DNA of 64,000 nt from the human T2T-CHM13v2.0 reference genome, Homo sapiens. The notes under the pieces were generated by a model. That model had not been told where the DNA came from. It ran no database searches and saw only the letters and a program-made list of their open reading frames with translations. Every line of letters starts with the position of its first letter. Within the stretch, counting starts at the first letter, position 1. The position numbers and the translations under genes are program-made. Where the stretch lies: assembly GCA_009914755.4 (NCBI GenBank), contig CP086569.2, forward strand, positions 27,648,001-27,712,000, in the 5' to 3' direction. This document shows positions 1 to 12,600 of this stretch, in pieces.

Positions 1-240
1 ATGGAATTGAACGGAGTGGAGTGGAGTGGAATGGAGGGTAATGGAGTGGAATGGAGTGGAGTGGAGTAGAGTGGAATGGGTTGGAGTGGAATGCAGAGGA
101 CAGGAGTGGAGTGTGGTGGACTGGAGTGGAGTGGAGTTGAGTGGAGTGGATTGGATTGAAATAGAGCGGAGCAGAGTGGAATGGAATTGAATCACATGGT
201 ACTGAATCAAATCGAATGGAATTAAATCGAATGAAAAAAC
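1..240 (+). repeat. HOR copy U0 (partial; 3' tail of the preceding ~3.1 kb unit)
   Basis: Sequence 1-240 matches the last ~240 bp of later units (compare 3132-3371); ends at the landmark at 241. Confidence 0.8.
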
Positions 241-322
241 GGAATCAAAAGCAAACGAATGGAGTCAAACCACATTGGTTAGACTGACATCGAATAATAT
301 CAAAAGAAATGTGGTGAAGTGG
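241..322 (+). other. Non-pentameric anchor segment A1 (HOR landmark; candidate copy-specific probe or PCR anchor)
   Basis: 'gcaaacgaatggagtcaaaccacattggttagactgacatcgaataatatcaaaagaaatgtggtgaagtgg' occurs once per HOR copy. Confidence 0.8.
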
Positions 323-1290
323 AGTGGAGTGTAATGAAATGGGGTGGAATGAAATTGAATGGAGTGGAGTGGAGTGGAGTCTACTGGAGTGGAATGGAAT
401 GGAATGGAAAGGAATGGAATAGAATGGAGTGAAGGGCAGTGCAGTGAAATGGAGTGGAAAGGAATGGAATGGAAAGAATTGAATCAAATGGAATCGAAGT
501 GAATCGAATCTAATGAAATTGAACGCAAAAAATGGAATGAGTAGAATCGAAAAAGATGGATTCAAATGGCAACAAATAAAATTGAATGGAATGCGGTGAG
601 GTGGAGGGGATTGGAATGGAGTTGAATGGAATGGGGTGTAATTGAATTGAATGGAGTGGAGTGGAGTGAACTGGAGTGGAATGGAATGGAATGGGCCGGC
701 ATGGAATTGAAAGGCGTGGACTGGAGTGGAGTTGAGATGAGTGGAATGGAGTAGGGTGGATTGTGGTGGAGAATATTGGAAAAGAGTGGAGTGGAATGGA
801 ATGGAATGGAGTGGAGTGGAATGGAATGGAATGGAATTGAGTGAAGTGGAGTGTAGTGGAATGGGGAGTAATGGAGTGGAGTGGACTGGAGTGGAGTAGA
901 TTGCAGTGCATTGGACTGTAGGGGATAGAAGTGGCTTGGAGTCCATAGGAGTGGAGTGGAATGGAATGGAATGGAGTGGAATGGACTGGAACGGAATGGA
1001 ATGGAATGGATTTAAATGGCAGGGAATCAAATCGAATTGAATCATATTGAATCAAGTCGAATCGAGTGGAGGAAAGAAATCGAATGAAATCGAATGGAAT
1101 GAATTGAATGGAGTCGAATATCAACCATGGAATCGAAAGTAATGTGGTAAAGTGGAGTGGAGTGTTATGGAGTGGAATGGAAGGGGGTGACATGGAATTG
1201 AATACAGTGGAGAGGAGTGGAGTGGATTGGGCTAGAGTGGAAAGGAAAGGGAAGGAATGAAACTGAATGGAGTGGAGTGGAATGGAGTGG

Positions 1291-1330
1291 AATGGAATGG
1301 AATGGAATGGAATGGAATGGAATGGAATGG
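1291..1330 (+). repeat. Pure (AATGG)8 microsatellite tract inside U1; copy number varies between HOR copies
   Basis: Read directly: 8 perfect pentamers terminated by 'aacgg'. The homologous tract is 7 copies at 13800-13834 (U5), 9 at 20016-20060 (U7), 6 at 29321-29350 (U10) and 10 at 41761-41810 (U14). Confidence 0.85.
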
Positions 1331-2977
1331 AACGGAATGGAGTGGAATGGAATCGAATCACATGGAACTGAATGAAACCGAATTGAATGAAATTGAATGG
1401 AGAAAATGGAATCAAATGGAATCAAATCGAACGGATTCGAATGTCATTGAATGGAATCGAAAGGAATGCAGTGAGGTGGGGTTGAGTGGAATGGAGTGGA
1501 ATGGAATGGGATGAATGGAATTGAATGGAGTGGAGTGGAATGGAATCATATGGAAAGGAATGGAATTGAACAAAATGGAGTGTAGTAGAATGGAGTGGAT
1601 TGGAGTGGAGTGCAGGGGAGTGCAGTGGAATGAAGAGGAGTGTAGTTGAATGGAATGGAATGTATGGAATGTACTGGAATAGAATGGATAAGAATGGAAT
1701 GGAATGGAATCGCATGGAATTGAATAGAATCAAATCGAATTGAATAGAATCAAATGGAAAAAATGGAGTCAAATGGAATCGAATGGCATAGAATCGAACG
1801 GTTTTGAATGTCAGTGAATGGAAACGAATGGAATGCGATGAAGTGGAGCGCAGTGGAGTGGAAAGGAGTGCAATGGAATAGGGTGGAACTGAATTTAATG
1901 GAACAGAGTGGATTGGAGTGGACTGGAGTGGAATGGAATGGGAAGGAATGGGATTGAAAGGAGTGGCGTGCAGTGGAGTGGAGTGGCATGGAGTGGAGTG
2001 GAGTGGAATGGAGTGGAATGGAATGGAGTGGAATGGAGTGTATTGGAATGGAATGGAGTGCAGAGGAATGGAATGGAATGGTATAGAGTGGACAGGATTG
2101 GAGTGGAGCGGATTGGAATGGAATGGAATGGAATGGAATGGAACTGAATGGACTGGAATGGAATGGAATAGAATGGAATCACAGGGAATCAAATTGGATT
2201 GAATCGAATCGAATGGAAAAAATGAAATCAAATGAAATTGAATGGAATCGAAATGAATGTAAACAATGGAATCCAATGGAATCCAATGGAATCGAATCAA
2301 ATGGTTTTGAATGGCGTAAAATGAAATCGCAAGGAAGGCAGTGAATTGGAGTGGAGTGGAATAGAGAGGAATGAATTGGAATGGAGTGGAGTGGAATGGA
2401 GTGGATTCCAGTGGAGTGGAGTGGATTGGATTTTAATGGAATGGAATAGACTGGATTGGAGTGGTGTAGAGTGCAGTGGATTGGAGTGGAGAGGAATGGA
2501 GTGGAGTGAAGTCGAGTTGAGTGGAATGGAATGGAGTGGAGCAGAGTGGAATGCAAAAGAATGAAGTGGATTGGTGTGGAATGGAATGGCGTGGAATGGA
2601 GTGGAATAGAATGGAATGGAATCGCATGGAAGGATATCAAATCAAATGGAATCGAACGAAAATTATGAATCCAATGGAATCAAAAGGATTCCAAAGGAAA
2701 GGATTCGAAAGGCCTTTAATGGAATGGAAAGGTATACAGTGAAGTGGAGTGCAGTGGAGTGGATTGTTTTAGAGTGAAATGGGGTGGATTGGAACACTAT
2801 GTGATGGAGTGGAGTGTAGTGGATCGGAGTGGAGTGCCGTGGAGTGGACTAGAGTGGGGTGGAGTGGAGTGCATTGGAGTGGAATGGAGTGGAGTGGGGT
2901 GGAATGGAATGGAATGGCATCAAATCGCATGGTAATGAATCAAATGGAATCAAATGGAATGAAATAATGGAATCGAA

Positions 2978-3050
2978 GGCAAACGAATGGAATCGAATTG
3001 CACTGATTCTACTGACTTCGAAGAAAATGAAATGAAATGCGGTGAAGTGG
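2978..3050 (+). other. Non-pentameric anchor segment A2, paralogous to A1 (~70% identity)
   Basis: 'gcaaacgaatggaatcgaattgcactgattctactgacttcgaagaaaatgaaatgaaatgcggtgaagtgg' aligns collinearly with A1: both have gcaaacgaatgga.tc, a TG.TT motif, actgac.tcgaa, then aaatg.ggtgaagtgg. It lies ~400 bp upstream of the next A1. Confidence 0.7.
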
Positions 3051-3371
3051 AGTGGAGTGGAATGTATTAGGGTGGAATGGAATTGAATGGTGTGGAGTGG
3101 AGTGGAGTGCCCAGGAGTGGAATGGGAAGAAATGGAATTGAACGGAGTGGAGTGGAGTGGAATGGAGGGTAATGGAGTGGAATGGAGTGGAGTGGAGTAG
3201 AGTGGAATGGGTTGGAGTGGAATGCAGAGGACAGGAGTGGAGTGTGGTGGACTGGAGTGGAGTGGAGTTGAGTGGAGTGGATTGGATTGAAATAGAGCGG
3301 AGCAGAGTGGAATGGAATTGAATCACATGGTACTGAATCAAATCGAATGGAATTAAATCGAATGAAAAAAC

Positions 3372-6300
3372 GGAATCAAAAGCAAACGAATGGAGTCAAA
3401 CCACATTGGTTAGACTGACATCGAATAATATCAAAAGAAATGTGGTGAAGTGGAGTGGAGTGTAATGAAATGGGGTGGAATGAAATTGAATGGAGTGGAG
3501 TGGAGTGGAGTCTACTGGAGTGGAATGGAATGGAATGGAAAGGAATGGAATAGAATGGAGTGAAGGGCAGTGCAGTGAAATGGAGTGGAAAGGAATGGAA
3601 TGGAAAGAATTGAATCAAATGGAATCGAAGTGAATCGAATCTAATGAAATTGAACGCAAAAAATGGAATGAGTAGAATCGAAAAAGATGGATTCAAATGG
3701 CAACAAATAAAATTGAATGGAATGCGGTGAGGTGGAGGGGATTGGAATGGAGTTGAATGGAATGGGGTGTAATTGAATTGAATGGAGTGGAGTGGAGTGA
3801 ACTGGAGTGGAATGGAATGGAATGGGCAGGCATGGAATTGAAAGGCGTGGAGTGGAGTGGAATTGAGAGGAGTGGAATGGAGTAGGGTGGATTGTGGTGG
3901 AGAATATTGGAAAAGAGTGGAGTGGAATGGAATGGAATGGAGTGGAGTGGAATGGAATGGAAAGGAATTGAGTGAAGTGGAGTGTAGTGGAATGGAGAGT
4001 AATGGAGTGGAGTGGACTGGAGTGGAGTAGATTGCAGTGCATTGGACTGTAGGGGATAGAAGTGGCTTGGAGTCCATAGGAGTGGAGTGGAATAGAATGG
4101 AATGGAGTGGAATGGACTGGAACGGAATGGAATGGAATGGATTTAAATGGCAGGGAATCAAATCGAATTGAATCATATTGAATCAAGTCGAATCGAGTGG
4201 AGGAAAGAAATCGAATGAAATCGAATGGAATGAATTGAATGGAGTCGAACATCAACCATGGAATCGAAAGTAATGTGGTAAAGTGGAGTGGAGTGTTATG
4301 GAGTGGAATGGAAGGGGGTGACATGGAATTGAATACAATGGAGAGGAGTGGAGTGGATTGGGCTAGAGTGGAACGGAAAGGGAAGGAATGGAACTGAATG
4401 GAGTGGAGTGGAATGGAGCGGAATGGAATGGAATGGAATGGAATGGAATGGAATGGAATGGAACGGAATGGAGTGGAATGGAATCGAATGACATGGAACT
4501 GAATGAAACCGAATTGAATGAAATTGAATGGAGAAAATGGAATCAAATGGAATCAAATCGAACGGATTCGAATGTCATTGAATGGAATCGAAAGGAATGC
4601 AGTGAGGTGGGGTTGAGTGGAATGGAGTGGAATGGAATGGGATGAGTGGAATTGAATGGAGTGGAGTGGAATGGAATGGAATGGAAAGGAATGGAATTGA
4701 ACAAAATGGAGTGTAATAGAATGGAGTGGATTGGAGTGGAGTGCAGGGGAGTGCAGTGGAATGAAGAGGAGTGTAGTTGAATGGAATGGGATGTATGGAA
4801 TGTACTGGAATAGAATGGATAAGAATGGAATGGAATGGAATCGCATGGAATTGAATAGAATCAAATCGAATTGAATAGAATCTAATGGAAAAAATGGAGT
4901 CAAATGGAATCGAATGGCATAGAATCGAACGGTTTTGAATGGCAGTGAAGGGAAACGAATGGAATGCGATGAAGTGGAGCGCAGTGGAGTGGAAAGGAGT
5001 GCAATGGAATAGGGTGGAACTGAATTTAATGGAACAGAGTGGATTGGAGTGGACTGGAGTGGAATGGAATGGGAAGGAATGGGATTGAAAGGAGTGGCGT
5101 GCAGTGGAGTGGAGTGGCATGGAGTGGAGTGGAGTGGAATGGAGTGGAATGGAATGGAGTGGAATGGAGTGGATTGGAATGGAATGGAGTGCAGAGGAAT
5201 GGAATGGAATGGTATAGAGTGGACAGGAATGGAGTGGAGCGGATTGGAATGGAATGGAATGGAACTGAATGGACTGGAATGGAATGGAATAGAATGGAAT
5301 CACAGGGAATCAAATTGGATTGAATCGAATCGAATGGAAAAAATGAAATCAAATGAAATTGAATGGAATCGAAATGAATGTAAACAATGGAATCCAATGG
5401 AATCCAATGGAATCGAATCAAATGGTTTTGAATGGCGTAAAATGAGATCGCAAGGAAGGCAGTGAATTGGAGTGGAGTGGAATAGAGAGGAATGAATTGG
5501 AATGGAGTGGAGTGGAATGGAGTGGATTCCAGTGGAGTGGAGTGGATTGGATTTTAATGGAATGGAATAGACTGGATTGGAGTGGTGTAGAGTGCAGTGG
5601 ATTGGAGTGGAGAGGAATGGAGTGGAGTGAAGTCGAGTTGAGTGGAATGGAATGGAGTGGAGCAGAGTGGAATGCAAAAGAATGAAGTGGATTGGTGTGG
5701 AATGGAATGGCGTGGAATGGAGTGGAATAGAATGGAATGGAATCGCATGGAAGGATATCAAATCAAATGGAATCGAAGGAAAATTATGAATCCAATGGAA
5801 TCGAAAAGATTCCAAAGGAACGGATTCGAAAGGCCTTTAATGGAATGGAAAGGTATGCAGTGAAGTGGAGTGGAGTGGAGTGGATTGTTTTAGAGTGAAA
5901 TGGGGTGGATTGGAACACTATGTGGTGGAGTGGAGTGTAGTGGATCGGAGTGGAGTGCCGTGGAGTGGACTAGAGTGGGGTGGAGTGGAGTGCATTGGAG
6001 TGGAATGGAGTGGAGTGGGGTGGAATGGAATGGAATGGCATCAAATCGCATGGTAATGAATCAAATGGAATCAAATGGAATGAAATAATGGAATCGAAGG
6101 CAAACGAATGGAATCGAATTGCACTGATTCTACTGACTTCGAAGAAAATGAAATGAAATGCGGTGAAGTGGAGTGGAGTGGAATGTATTAGGGTGGAATG
6201 GAATTGAATGGTGTGGAGTGGAGTGGAGTGCCCAGGAGTGGAATGGGAAGAAATGGAATTGAACGGAGTGGAGTGGAGTGTAATGGAGGGTAATGGAGTG

Positions 6301-6492
6301 GAATGGAGTGGAGTGGAGTAGAGTGGAATGGGTTGGAGTGGAATGCAGAGGACAGGAGTGGAGTGTGGTGGACTGGAGTGGAGTGGAGTTGAGTGGAGTG
6401 GATTGGATTGAAATAGAGCGGAGCAGAGTGGAATGGAATTGAATCACATGGTACTGAATCAAATCGAATGGAATTAAATCGAATGAAAAAAC
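3372..6492 (+). repeat. HOR copy U2 (3121 bp)
   Basis: Landmark at 3372 and 6493. Confidence 0.85.
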
Positions 6493-9400
6493 GGAATCAA
6501 AAGCAAACGAATGGAGTCAAACCACATTGGTTAGACTGACATCGAATAATATCAAAAGAAATGTGGTGAAGTGGAGTGGAGTGTAATGAAATGGGGTGGA
6601 ATGAAATTGAATGGAGTGGAGTGGAGTGGAGTCTACTGGAGTGGAATGGAATGGAATGGAAAGGAATGGAATAGAATGGAGTGAAGGGCAGTGCAGTGAA
6701 ATGGAGTGGAAAGGAATGGAATGGAAAGAATTGAATCAAATGGAATCGAAGTGAATCGAATCTAATGAAATTGAACGCAAAAAATGGAATGAGTAGAATC
6801 GAAAAAGATGGATTCAAATGGCAACAAATAAAATTGAATGGAATGCGGTGAGGTGGAGGGGATTGGAATGGAGTTGAATGGAATGGGGTGTAATTGAATT
6901 GAATGGAGTGGAGTGGAGTGAACTGGAGTGGAATGGAATGGAATGGGCCGGCATGGAATTGAAAGGCGTGGAATGGAGTGGAGTTGAGATGAGTGGAATG
7001 GAGTAGGGTGGATTGTGGTGGAGAATATTGGAAAAGAGTGGAGTGGAATGGAATGGAATGGAGTGGAGTGGAATGGAATGGAATGGAATTGAGTGAAGTG
7101 GAGTGTAGTGGAATGGAGAGTAATGGAGTGGAGTGGACTGGAGTGGAGTAGATTGCAGTGCATTGGACTGTAGGGGATAGAAGTGGCTTGGAGTCCATAG
7201 GAGTGGAGTGGAATGGAATGGAATGGAGTGGAATGGACTGGAACGGAATGGAATGGAATGGATTTAAATGGCAGGGAATCAAATCGAATTGAATCATATT
7301 GAATCAAGTCGAATCGAGTGGAGGAAAGAAATCGAATGAAATCGAATAGAATGAATTGAATGGAGTCGAATATCAACCATGGAATCGAAAGTAATGTGGT
7401 AAAGTGGAGTGGAGTGTTATGGAGTGGAATGGAATGGGGTGACATGGAATTGAATACAGTGGAGAGGAGTGGAGTGGATTGGGCTAGAGTGGAACGGAAA
7501 GGGAAGGAATGAAACTGAATGGAGTGGAGTGGAATGGAGTGGAATGGAATGGAATGGAATGGAATGGAATGGAATGGAATGGAATGGAATGGAACGGAAT
7601 GGAGTGGAATGGAATCGAATCACATGGAACTGAATGAAACCGAATTGAATGAAATTGAAAGGAGAAAATGGAATCAAATGGAATCAAGTCGAACTGATTC
7701 GAATGTCATTGAATGGAATCGAAAGGAATGCAGTGAGGTGGGGTTGAGTGGAATGGAGTGGAATGGAATGGGATGAATGGAATTGAATGGAGTGGAGTGG
7801 AATGGAATGGAATGGAAAGGAATGGAATTGAACAAAATGGAGTGTAGTAGAATGGAGTGGATTGGAGTGGAGTGCAGGGGAGTGCAGTGGAATGAAGAGG
7901 AGTGTAGTTGAATGGAATGGAATGTATGGAATGTACTGGAATAGAATGGATAAGAATGGAATGGAATGGAATCGCATGGAATTGAATAGAATCAAATCGA
8001 ATTGAATAGAATCAAATGGAAAAAATGGAGTCAAATGGAATCGAATGGCATAGAATCGAACGGTTTTGAATGTCAGTGAATGGAAACGAATGGAATGCGA
8101 TGAAGTGGAGCGCAGTGGAGTGGAAAGGAGTGCAATGGAATAGGGTGGAACTGAACTTAATGGAACAGAGTGGATTGGAGTGGACTGGAGTGGAATGGAA
8201 TGGGAAGGAATGGGATTGAAAGGAGTGGCGTGCAGTGGAGTGGAGTGGCATGGAGTGGAGTGGAGTGGAATGGAGTGGAATGGAATGGAGTGGAATGGAG
8301 TGTATTGGAATGGAATGGAGTGCAGAGGAATGGAATGGAATGGTATAGAGTGGACAGGATTGGAGTGGAGCGGATTGGAATGGAATGGAATGGAATGGAA
8401 TGGAACTGAATGGACTGGAATGGAATGGAATAGAATGGAATCACAGGGAATCAAATTGGATTGAATCGAATCGAATGGAAAAAATGAAATCAAATGAAAT
8501 TGAATGGAATCGAAATGAATGTAAACAATGGAATCCAATGGAATCCAATGGAATCGAATCAAATGGTTTTGAATGGCGTAAAATGAAATCGCAAGGAAGG
8601 CAGTGAATTGGAGTGGAGTGGAATAGAGAGGAATGAATTGGAATGGAGTGGAGTGGAATGGAGTGGATTCCAGTGGAGTGGAGTGGATTGGATTTTAATG
8701 GAATGGAATAGACTGGATTGGAGTGGTGTAGAGTGCAGTGGATTGGAGTGGAGAGGAATGGAGTGGAGTGAAGTCGAGTTGAGTGGAATGGAATGGAGTG
8801 GAGCAGAGTGGAATGCAAAAGAATGAAGTGGATTGGTGTGGAATGGAATGGCGTGGAATGGAGTGGAATAGAATGGAATGGAATCGCATGGAAGGATATC
8901 AAATCAAATGGAATCGAACGAAAATTATGAATCCAATGGAATCAAAAGGATTCCAAAGGAACGGATTCGAAAGGCCTTTAATGGAATGGAAAGGTATGCA
9001 GTGAAGTGGAGTGGAGTGGAGTGGATTGTTTTAGAGTGAAATGGGGTGGATTGGAACAGTATGTGGTGGAGTGGAGTGTAGTGGATCGGAGTGGAGTGCC
9101 GTGGAGTGGACTAGAGTGGGGTGGAGTGGAGTGCATTGGAGTGGAATGGAGTGGAGTGGGGTGGAATGGAATGGAATGGCATCAAATCGCATGGTAATGA
9201 ATCAAATGGAATCAAATGGAATGAAATAATGGAATCGAAGGCAAACGAATGGAATCGAATTGCACTGATTCTACTGACTTCGAAGAAAATGAAATGAAAT
9301 GCGGTGAAGTGGAGTGGAGTGGAATGTATTAGGGTGGAATGGAATTGAATGGTGTGGAGTGGAGTGGAGTGCCCAGGAGTGGAATGGGAAGAAATGGAAT

Positions 9401-9633
9401 TGAACGGAGTGGAGTGGAGTGGAATGGAGGGTAATGGAGTGGAATGGAGTGGAGTGGAGTAGAGTGGAATGGGTTGGAGTGGAATGCAGAGGACAGGAGT
9501 GGAGTGTGGTGGACTGGAGTGGAGTGGAGTTGAGTGGAGTGGATTGGATTGAAATAGAGCGGAGCAGAGTGGAATGGAATTGAATCACATGGTACTGAAT
9601 CAAATCGAATGGAATTAAATCGAATGAAAAAAC
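6493..9633 (+). repeat. HOR copy U3 (3141 bp)
   Basis: Landmark at 6493 and 9634. Confidence 0.85.
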
Positions 9634-12600
9634 GGAATCAAAAGCAAACGAATGGAGTCAAACCACATTGGTTAGACTGACATCGAATAATATCAAAAGA
9701 AATGTGGTGAAGTGGAGTGGAGTGTAATGAAATGGGGTGGAATGAAATTGAATGGAGTGGAGTGGAGTGGAGTCTACTGGAGTGGAATGGAATGGAATGG
9801 AAAGGAATGGAATAGAATGGAGTGAAGTGCAGTGCAGTGAAATGGAGTGGAAAGGAATGGAATGGAAAGAATTGAATCAAATGGAATCGAAGTGAATCGA
9901 ATCTAATGAAATTGAACGCAAAAAATGGAATGAGTAGAATCGAAAAAGATGGATTCAAATGGCAACAAATAAAATTGAATGGAATGCGGTGAGGTGGAGG
10001 GGATTGGAATGGAGTTGAATGGAATGGGGTGTAATTGAATTGAATGGAGTGTAGTGGAGTGAACTGGAGTGGAATGGAATGGAATGGGCAGGCATGGAAT
10101 TGAAAGGCGTGGAGTGGAGTGGAATTGAGAGGAGTGGAATGGAGTAGGGAGGATTGTGGTGGAGAATATTGGAAAAGAGTGGAGTGGAATGGAATGGAAT
10201 GGAGTGGAGTGGAATGGAATGGAAAGGAATTGAGTGAAGTGGAGTGTAGTGGAATGGAGAGTAATGGAGTGGAGTGGACTGGAGTGGAGTAGATTGCAGT
10301 GCATTGGACTGTAGGGGATAGAAGTGGCTTGGAGTCCATAGGAGTGGAGTGGAATGGAATGGAATGGAGTGGAATGGACTGGAACGGAATGGAATGGAAT
10401 GGATTTAAATGGCAGGGAATCAAATCGAATTGAATCATATTGAATCAAGTCGAATCGAGTGGAGGAAAGAAATCGAATGAAATCGAATGGAATGAATTGA
10501 ATGGAGTCGAATATCAACCATGGAATCGAAAGTAATGTGGTAAAGTGGAGTGGAGTGTTATGGAGTGGAATGGAATGGGGTGACATGGAATTGAATACAG
10601 TGGAGAGGAGTGGAGTGGATTGGGCTAGAGTGGAACGGAAAGGGAAGGAATGGAACTGAATGGAGTGGAGTGGAATGGAGTAGAATGGAATGGAATGGAA
10701 TGGAATGGAATGGAATGGAATGGAACGGAATGGAGTGGAATGGAATCGAATGACATGGAACTGAATGAAACCGAATTGAATGAAATTGAATGGAGAAAAT
10801 GGAATCAAATGGAATCAAATCGAACGGATTCGAATGTCATTGAATGGAATCGAAAGGAATGCAGTGAGGTGGGGTTGGGTGGAATGGAGTGGAATGGAAT
10901 GGGATGAATGGAATTGAATGGAGTGGAGTGGAATGGAATGGAATGGAAAGGAATGGAATTGAACAAAATGGAGTGTAGTAGAATGGAGTGGATTGGAGTG
11001 GAGTGCAGGGGAGTGCAGTGGAATGAAGAGGAGTGTAGTTGAATGGAATGGGATGTATGGAATGTACTGGAATAGAATGGATAAGAATGGAATGGAATGG
11101 AATCGCATGGAATTGAATAGAATCAAATCGAATTGAATAGAATCTAATGGAAAAAATGGAGTCAAATGGAATCGAATGGCATAGAATCGAACGGTTTTGA
11201 ATGTCAGTGAATGGAAACGAATGGAATGCGATGAAGTGGAGCGCAGTGGAGTGGAAAGGAGTGCAATGGAATAGGGTGGAACTGAATTTAATGGAACAGA
11301 GTGGATTGGAGTGGACTGGAGTGGAATGGAATGGGAAGGAATGGGATTGAAAGGAGTGGCGTGCAGTGGAGTGGAGTGGCATGGAGTGGAGTGGAGTGGA
11401 ATGGAGTGGAATGGAATGGAGTGGAATGGAGTGGATTGGAATGGAATGGAGTGCAGAGGAATGAAATGGAATGGTATAGAGTGGACAGGAATGGAGTGGA
11501 GCGGATTGGAATGGAATGGAATGGAACTGAATGGACTGGAATGGAATGGAATAGAATGGAATCACAGGGAATCAAATTGGATTGAATCGAATCGAATGGA
11601 AAAAATGAAATCAAATGAAATTGAATGGAATCGAAATGAATGTAAACAATGGAATCCAATGGAATCCAATGGAATCGAATCAAATGGTTTTGAATGGCGT
11701 AAAATGAGATCGCAAGGAAGGCAGTGAATTCTAGTGGAGTGGAATAGAGAGGAATGAATTGGAATGGAGTGGAGTGGAATGGAGTGGATTCCAGTGGAGT
11801 GGAGTGGATTGGATTTTAATGGAATGGAATAGACTGGATTGGAGTGGCGTAGAGTGCAGTGGATTGGAGTGGAGAGGAATGGAGTGGAGTGAAGTCGAGT
11901 TGAGTGTAATGGAATGGAGTGGAGCAGAGTGGAATGCAAAAGAATGAAGTGGATTGGTGTGGAATGGAATGGCGTGGAATGGAGTGGAATAGAATGGAAT
12001 GGAATCGCATGGAAGGATATCAAATCAAATGGAATCGAAGGAAAATTATGAATCCAATGGAATCGAAAGCATTCCAAAGGAACGGATTCGAAAGGCATTT
12101 AATGGAATGGAAAGGTATGCAGTGAAGTGGAGTGGAGTGGAGTGGATTGTTTTAGAGTGAAATGGGGTGGATTGGAACACTATGTGGTGGAGTGGAGTGT
12201 AGTGGATCGGAGTGGAGTGCCGTGGAGTGGACTAGAGTGGGGTGGAGTGGAGTGCATTGGAGTGGAATGGAGTGGAGTGGGGTGGAATGGAATGGAATGG
12301 CATCAAATCGCATGGTAATGAATCAAATGGAATCAAATGGAATGAAATAATGGAATAGAAGGCAAACGAATGGAATCGAATTGCACTGTTTCTACTGACT
12401 TCGAAGAAAATGAAATGAAATGCGGTGAAGTGGAGTGGAGTGGAATGTATTAGGGTGGAATGGAATTGAATGGTGTGGAGTGGAGTGGAGTGCCCAGGAG
12501 TGGAATGGGAAGAAATGGAATTGAACGGAGTGGAGTGGAGTGGAATGGAGGGTAATGGAGTGGAATGGAGTGGAGTGGAGTAGATTGGAATGGGTTGGAG

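Larger units (their letters stand above)
241..3371 (+). repeat. HOR copy U1 (3131 bp)
   Basis: Bounded by the recurring non-pentameric landmark 'ggaatcaaaagcaaacgaatggagtcaaaccacattggttagactgacatcgaataatatc' at 241 and 3372. Confidence 0.85.
241..6492 (+). repeat. Dimeric block U1+U2, duplicated as U3+U4 (6493-12754)
   Basis: ORF-track translations pair at offsets of 6252-6262 bp and share variant residues: 245..1045 with 6497..7297, 1422..2300 with 7684..8562, 3376..4176 with 9638..10438, 4553..4903 with 10815..11165. Adjacent units (U1 vs U2) differ more. Confidence 0.7.

Noticed and set aside
685-720. GC-richer patch 'ggaatgggccggcatggaattgaaaggcgtgg' as a possible Alu/SINE fragment or CpG island
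   Set aside because: Too short (~30 bp), with no Alu consensus or poly-A. It is a variant pentamer cluster present once per HOR. No transposon insertion is evident anywhere in the window.
2686-2722. Canonical heat-shock element (nGAAnnTTCnnGAAn)
   Set aside because: TTC and GAA units are present but the spacing (8 bp, then 0 bp) does not fit the 5-bp phased consensus. Kept only as a low-interest observation.
3060-3075. Telomere-like 'ttaggg' in 'gtattagggtggaatgg'
   Set aside because: A single isolated hexamer once per HOR arising by chance within GGAAT-derived sequence. It is not a tandem TTAGGG tract.
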